64,000 nt of DNA from a virus: the IMG/VR virus record IMGVR_UViG_3300042508_000428; one strand, 5' to 3'. Under the pieces are notes generated by a model that had not been told where the DNA came from, made no database searches, and worked only from the letters and a program-made list of their open reading frames with translations. Position 1 is the stretch's first letter. Each line of letters opens with the position of its first letter. Positions 59,543-64,000 of the stretch are shown here, one piece after another. The translations under genes were made by a program, and so were the position numbers.

Positions 59543-60118
59543 ATGGCACAGCCACCAGTTAAACCAATTTGGGCAGCAGATGCATCAGGTCTTGATCCAA
59601 AAAGATCATATAGATTTATTTTATATCTAAATGAAATTCCATCTTATTTTGTAAAATCAACAGGAGTTCCATCTTTAACAATTAATGATGGTGGAACACA
59701 TAAGTTCCTTGGACATGAATTTAAGTTTCCTGGTGGTGTGAAATGGGAAGGTGATATTACAATTAAGTTGGTTGATACAATTGACTATAACATGGCTCAA
59801 AAGTTCATCGATCACATTAGAAAAGCTGGTTATGTTTATCCATCTAATTTCAGTGAATCATCAACGAGTCCAGAATTCTATAAGAAAACAATTTCAAAAG
59901 CAAAGTTTCCCTTCAAGCAAATTAAAATACAAAGATTAAATTCCGAGGGTTCAACTTTTGAAACATGGGTTCTTAATAATCCTTGGATTTCTAAAGTTGA
60001 TTTTGGAACTGCAAGTTATGATGACGAAAAACTACTCGAAGTTTCTGTAACCTTTAAGTATGACTGGGCAGAACTAAGAGAAGGCGATTCAGGAAACCCA
60101 CCAGCATTCCCAAAATAA
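59543..60118 (+). CDS. gp19: Tail tube protein (gp19-like)
   Basis: DPKRSYRF, KFPGGVKW, WVLNNPWISKVDFG..SYDDE...VSVTFKYDWA. Confidence 0.85.
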   Translation: MAQPPVKPIWAADASGLDPKRSYRFILYLNEIPSYFVKSTGVPSLTINDGGTHKFLGHEFKFPGGVKWEGDITIKLVDTIDYNMAQKFIDHIRKAGYVYPSNFSESSTSPEFYKKTISKAKFPFKQIKIQRLNSEGSTFETWVLNNPWISKVDFGTASYDDEKLLEVSVTFKYDWAELREGDSGNPPAFPK

Positions 60119-60130
60119 TAGGAGGTAAGA

Positions 60131-60823
60131 ATGCCCCTATTTTCTAATAAAAGTTCATTAACAAATGGTAAACAGGCTCAACAAGTATATCGTTTTTTGT
60201 TGAGAATAAAAGGCATTGATGCTGCTTTAATACAAGATGTTACTGCTCCATCCTTTTCAATTGGAACAGAAACTGTTAGTATGTTAGAGTATAAATTCAA
60301 GTATCCAACTAAACTAGATTGGAATGGTGAAGTTACATTTAACATAATACAAATTATTGATGATGATTTAATAACTTCCACTCTTGGATATTTTATGCAG
60401 AAGATATATAATTCAAGTTACTATGCAAGTCCGATGGGCATAGGAACTGGGGATAGAGATCTAGTTCTTCCAAATGCATTATTTACTATAAGAGAAAATA
60501 TTTCCAACTTTGCTAATAATGGTCCAAATAATGGTTATTCTAGAAGACCATCGGAAGGAACTGTATTAGATTTATCAAAACAAAAACTTTCTTATTCTTT
60601 GGGAACTGTTGAAATAAGATCATTGGATACAGAAGGAAAAACTTATGAAAGTTGGAAATTAAATAATGCATTCATAACAAGTGTTACACCAGATAATTTT
60701 AGTTACGGCAGTGAAACAATATCTAAAATTTCTGTGAAAGTAAGTTATGATTGGGCATCCTATGGCTTTAGAGGTGTTTATGCCGAAGAAGATGCTGTTT
60801 CAAGAATACTAGGGGTATTCTAA
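60131..60823 (+). CDS. Second tail-tube-like protein
   Basis: QQVYRF, KYPTKLDW, WKLNNAFITSVTPDNFSY...ISVKVSYDWA; paralogue of 59543. Confidence 0.75.
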   Translation: MPLFSNKSSLTNGKQAQQVYRFLLRIKGIDAALIQDVTAPSFSIGTETVSMLEYKFKYPTKLDWNGEVTFNIIQIIDDDLITSTLGYFMQKIYNSSYYASPMGIGTGDRDLVLPNALFTIRENISNFANNGPNNGYSRRPSEGTVLDLSKQKLSYSLGTVEIRSLDTEGKTYESWKLNNAFITSVTPDNFSYGSETISKISVKVSYDWASYGFRGVYAEEDAVSRILGVF

Positions 60824-60835
60824 TAAGAGGTAAAA

Positions 60836-61666
60836 ATGAGTAATGTGAATAAATTTGGATTACCAAATAACTTTGGTAATCAGCAACCTTTTTCAAGACC
60901 AGCCGGGTTCTACCAAGTTCCAACTGATTTTGTAGAACTACCATCTCAGGGAAAATTTTATTCAAAAGATTCTCCTTTGTACGGTTTAGAAAAATTAGAA
61001 ATTAAATATATGACAGCGAGAGAAGAAGATTTATTGGTTTCTCCATCGTTAAAAAAAGAAGGGGTTGCTATTGATAGAGTAATAGAATCATTATTAGTAG
61101 ATAAAAATATTAGAACAAATGATTTATTAGTTGGAGATAAAACAGCAATATTAATTAATGCAAGAAAGAATGCTTATGGAGCAGAATACAAATTTCCGTT
61201 TGTTTGTACAAAATGTGGTCACTTAAACGAACAAGAAGAATCCTTAGAGAATGTTAAATCTAAAGAAATAAAAGAAGATGAATTTAGCAAAATTACAGAA
61301 AATGGAACAATTTTAATAACTCTTCCAAAGTCTAAAGCTACAGTTGAATTAAAAATTTTAACGAGCGAAGACGAGCAAATGATTACCAAGGCGATAGAAA
61401 AAAGATCAAAAAATAATCTACCACCAGAATCCCTGTTAACAAGATATCGCCAGATGTTTGTATCTGTAAATGGAGATACGGACATAGAATTTATTGTTAG
61501 TTTTATTGCAAATATGCCAATTGCAGACTCTGCTTTCCTAAAGAAAAGATATGTAATGTTAACTCCAGATGTTGAATTTAAATATTCAAAACATTGTTCA
61601 GAATGTTCTACTCTGAATGAAGGAGAAGTGCCTATTTTGGCGAACTTTTTTTGGCCGGACTTATGA
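60836..61666 (+). CDS. Tail/baseplate-hub assembly chaperone (gp26-like)
   Basis: VELPSQGKFY, YMTAREEDLL, LLVGDKTAILINARKNAYG, CTKC and CSEC pairs, terminal NFFWP. Confidence 0.8.
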   Translation: MSNVNKFGLPNNFGNQQPFSRPAGFYQVPTDFVELPSQGKFYSKDSPLYGLEKLEIKYMTAREEDLLVSPSLKKEGVAIDRVIESLLVDKNIRTNDLLVGDKTAILINARKNAYGAEYKFPFVCTKCGHLNEQEESLENVKSKEIKEDEFSKITENGTILITLPKSKATVELKILTSEDEQMITKAIEKRSKNNLPPESLLTRYRQMFVSVNGDTDIEFIVSFIANMPIADSAFLKKRYVMLTPDVEFKYSKHCSECSTLNEGEVPILANFFWPDL

Positions 61667-61838
61667 TTTTATGTATCTTCCTACTGAATATATAAATGCT
61701 CTCTATGAAAAAATTTATTATATGAAAACATATATGAATTGGTCTTTTGAAGAAGTATATATTTTACCAATTGTTCTTAGAAATTGGTTTTTTCAAAAAT
61801 GGATAGAAGAAAAATCAAAAAATTTAGAAAGAGAATAA
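61644..61838 (+). CDS. Small chaperone partner (gp51-like / frameshift extension)
   Basis: YEKIYYMKTYMNWSFEEVYILPIVLRNWF; overlaps 3' end of previous gene in +1 frame; in-frame ATG 61671 lacks an SD. Confidence 0.65.
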   Translation, partial: TFFGRTYDFMYLPTEYINALYEKIYYMKTYMNWSFEEVYILPIVLRNWFFQKWIEEKSKNLERE

Positions 61839-61859
61839 TTAATAATAGAGGGATAAATA

Positions 61860-63566
61860 ATGGCAACTCCACCAGCAACTCCACCAGCAACCGGTAGTGA
61901 ATTAGCAGATACAATTGTTGATTTTGTTAAAAGCGTTCTTAGTAAAGCTACTGTAACTGCAACAGAAGGATATGGTGATGCTATACAAAAAGCAGGTGCG
62001 GGCGCTCAAACACTTATACCATTAACAGATGCTCTTGAAAAATTTAGTGAAGCAAGCAACGCCGGAGCGATAAGTCTTGCTACAACAACTTTAAAATTAA
62101 AATTATTTGCAGATGCTGTTGAGACTAATTTACCAAAGTTTGGAAAAGAAGCTGCTTTAGAAATTAGAAATTTAAGCGCAGGAATCAATACTTTAGCGGC
62201 TGTTACAGAAAAAGAAACAAAAATTATTGCATCATTAGGTGAACTGGTAACTGGTAAATTTGGAACTGCGTTTAAAAATCTTGCTCCCCTCATGACTGCC
62301 GCTGCTCAATCTGCTCAAGAGTTTGAAGTCAGAATGAACAAACTTGGTCAAGAAGAACAAGTAATTACAAACCTTAGAAAACAAGCAGATGAATTAAAAA
62401 TGATGGGGATTTCTTATACGTCGCTTAAAGATGCAGCAGCGGAAGCTGTGGCTCAAATTAATTCATCTATAAAAGTAAATCAGGAATCTACAACTTCTTT
62501 TGATAATAATAGAAAGTCTATCCAAGAATTGTTGGCATTTAATAAAAAATTTGGAATTGAGATGGGAGAATCAGCAAAGGTTGTTAATTTAGTTAATGAC
62601 GCTTTTGGAGAAGGAGTTGTCGGAGCAAATAAATTTTCTGATTCTATTATTAGATTTGCCCAGAAAACAGGGCAAGATGCAAGCAAGGTTTTTCAAGCGT
62701 TTAATGGTCAATTAGATTATTTTGCAACAATGTCCTCAGAGAGAGCATTGCAAGCCTTTTCTAGTTTAGAAGCATATGCAAAAAGAACTGGTGTTGAATA
62801 TTCAAAAGTAATAAGCAACATGCAAGAGTTTGATGACATTGCATCTGGTTATGAAAAGATAGGAAAAATAAATAGACTTCTTATGCAATTTGGCGCTTCA
62901 ATAGATCCACAAGCGTTTCTTGAAGCAAGTCCAGAAGAAAAACAAAAATTACTATCAGAAGCAATGGCAAAAGCGGGAGAAACTTATGGAACATTTACGT
63001 CAGAAACAGCAAAAAGACAAATAGCATCTCAATTTGCTGGTCTTCTAGGAACGTCAGTTCAAGACGCGGCTGCAACTTTATCAGGTAATCAGGAATATAT
63101 TAGAGCAAAAACAGCTGCTTTGGAGACAAAACCAACATTAGAATCTTATACGTCAGAAGATAGACAAAAATTAGCAGTAAGTCTATCCACAACAAAAGAC
63201 CTACAAGAGGTAAGAGATGCTTTATTCGAGACAACTGAAGCAGTTAAGTATTTGGCAGACGGAATGAGAAGAGAACAACAGATGAATATTAACCAAGTTT
63301 CTCAAGTATATAAAATGATAGGTGGTTTAGATGGACTTTTAGACAAAATTGCAAGGAGAAATGTTGAAGGAGTTGCAAAAATATCAGGTGAATCCATAAA
63401 GGCATTTGGTAGTGCAGTGGGAGATGTGTTAAATACTCCTATTAGAGATATGACTGATGCAACAAAAATGTCCGCCAAAGCAAGCGAAGTTGTTGCAAAT
63501 ATGCTACCTAAGCTTGGTAAAATTCTCGCGGGTGAAAGCGTTCAAAGCGCAACAACAGGTCAATAA
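61860..63566 (+). CDS. Tape measure protein (putative)
   Basis: Ala/Lys/Glu-rich helical protein directly after chaperone pair. Confidence 0.65.
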   Translation: MATPPATPPATGSELADTIVDFVKSVLSKATVTATEGYGDAIQKAGAGAQTLIPLTDALEKFSEASNAGAISLATTTLKLKLFADAVETNLPKFGKEAALEIRNLSAGINTLAAVTEKETKIIASLGELVTGKFGTAFKNLAPLMTAAAQSAQEFEVRMNKLGQEEQVITNLRKQADELKMMGISYTSLKDAAAEAVAQINSSIKVNQESTTSFDNNRKSIQELLAFNKKFGIEMGESAKVVNLVNDAFGEGVVGANKFSDSIIRFAQKTGQDASKVFQAFNGQLDYFATMSSERALQAFSSLEAYAKRTGVEYSKVISNMQEFDDIASGYEKIGKINRLLMQFGASIDPQAFLEASPEEKQKLLSEAMAKAGETYGTFTSETAKRQIASQFAGLLGTSVQDAAATLSGNQEYIRAKTAALETKPTLESYTSEDRQKLAVSLSTTKDLQEVRDALFETTEAVKYLADGMRREQQMNINQVSQVYKMIGGLDGLLDKIARRNVEGVAKISGESIKAFGSAVGDVLNTPIRDMTDATKMSAKASEVVANMLPKLGKILAGESVQSATTGQ

Positions 63567-63578
63567 GGATAAAAATAT

Positions 63579-64000
63579 ATGGCATTAGAATTTGATATAG
63601 AAAAAATAATAGGTCAAGATACATCCAGCAAATTTGCTCCAAATTATGAAAATAATATTCGGAATAAAATGCTCGGATATAACATTGTTTTTAAATTTCC
63701 AAACAATAATAATCCTGAAGAAAATTCTGTATCATTCCCTGCTTATACCAGCAAAGTAGACGATAGTTACAATACCAATTTTAATTCGGAAAAAGTTTAC
63801 GGTAGAATGGATCCAATACCAGTATACCAAGGAACATCAAGAACAATATCATTTGATCTTTCAATCCCATCAAATGGCCTTGCTCACTCCCAGGAAATTG
63901 CAAAAAAATTAAATATATTAGTTAAAAATACATATCCAATATATCAGAAATATAGTGATACAACAAATATAATAGCATCTCCTCCATTAGTTGCAGTTTT
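63579..64000 (+). CDS. Tube-initiator/baseplate tube-like protein, 3'-truncated (not in ORF track)
   Basis: Open frame MALEFDIEK...FPAYTSKVDDSY...VYGRMDPIPVYQGTSRTISFDL runs off the window; motif typical of gp48/gp54-type tube-fold proteins after tape measure. Confidence 0.6.
   Translation, partial: MALEFDIEKIIGQDTSSKFAPNYENNIRNKMLGYNIVFKFPNNNNPEENSVSFPAYTSKVDDSYNTNFNSEKVYGRMDPIPVYQGTSRTISFDLSIPSNGLAHSQEIAKKLNILVKNTYPIYQKYSDTTNIIASPPLVAV

Noticed and set aside
61642-61695. Classical -1 frameshift at the T-run
   Set aside because: The -1 frame hits TAA after about 17 codons; only the +1/-2 frame is productive.
1-64000. Stop-codon reassignment as in some large phages
   Set aside because: All core genes are full length in the standard code and TAA, TGA and TAG all occur as real stops (TAG at 7738, 38782, 44746, 51371).
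56589-64000. Bacterial eCIS/tailocin locus rather than phage
   Set aside because: Terminase, portal, protease, scaffold and capsid genes are present in the same operon series.
1-64000. tRNA, rRNA, integrase or transposase genes
   Set aside because: Intergenic gaps are mostly under 60 nt and no such motifs were recognised; tRNAscan would be needed to fully exclude tRNAs.

Overview
AT-rich, densely coding, single-strand (+) segment of a large T4-like (contractile-tailed) bacteriophage, standard genetic code. Order: baseplate spike/wedge/fibre-attachment cluster (1-27.8 kb); a small replication-recombination block (RuvC, primase, single-chain SbcD-SbcC fusion; 27.8-32.4 kb); two tiny unannotated basic ORFs; head module (large terminase, portal, a misplaced chaperone-bearing fibre, prohead protease, an HExxH protein, ribosomal protein bS21, very acidic scaffold, major capsid protein; 32.8-48.5 kb); an inserted 4-gene cell-envelope cassette (Cys-repeat lipoprotein, outer-membrane beta-barrel, Cys/beta-propeller lipoprotein, lipobox-bearing lytic transglycosylase; 48.5-54.0 kb); then neck, sheath, two tube paralogues, chaperone pair with a candidate frameshift, tape measure and a truncated tube-like gene. 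A conserved ACTATTTA motif sits mostly 23-36 nt upstream of many late genes. The most novel-looking element is the envelope cassette, whose first two genes resemble in architecture (not proven homology) the myxobacterial TraA/TraB adhesion pair. All family calls are from motif recognition by eye; no searches were run.
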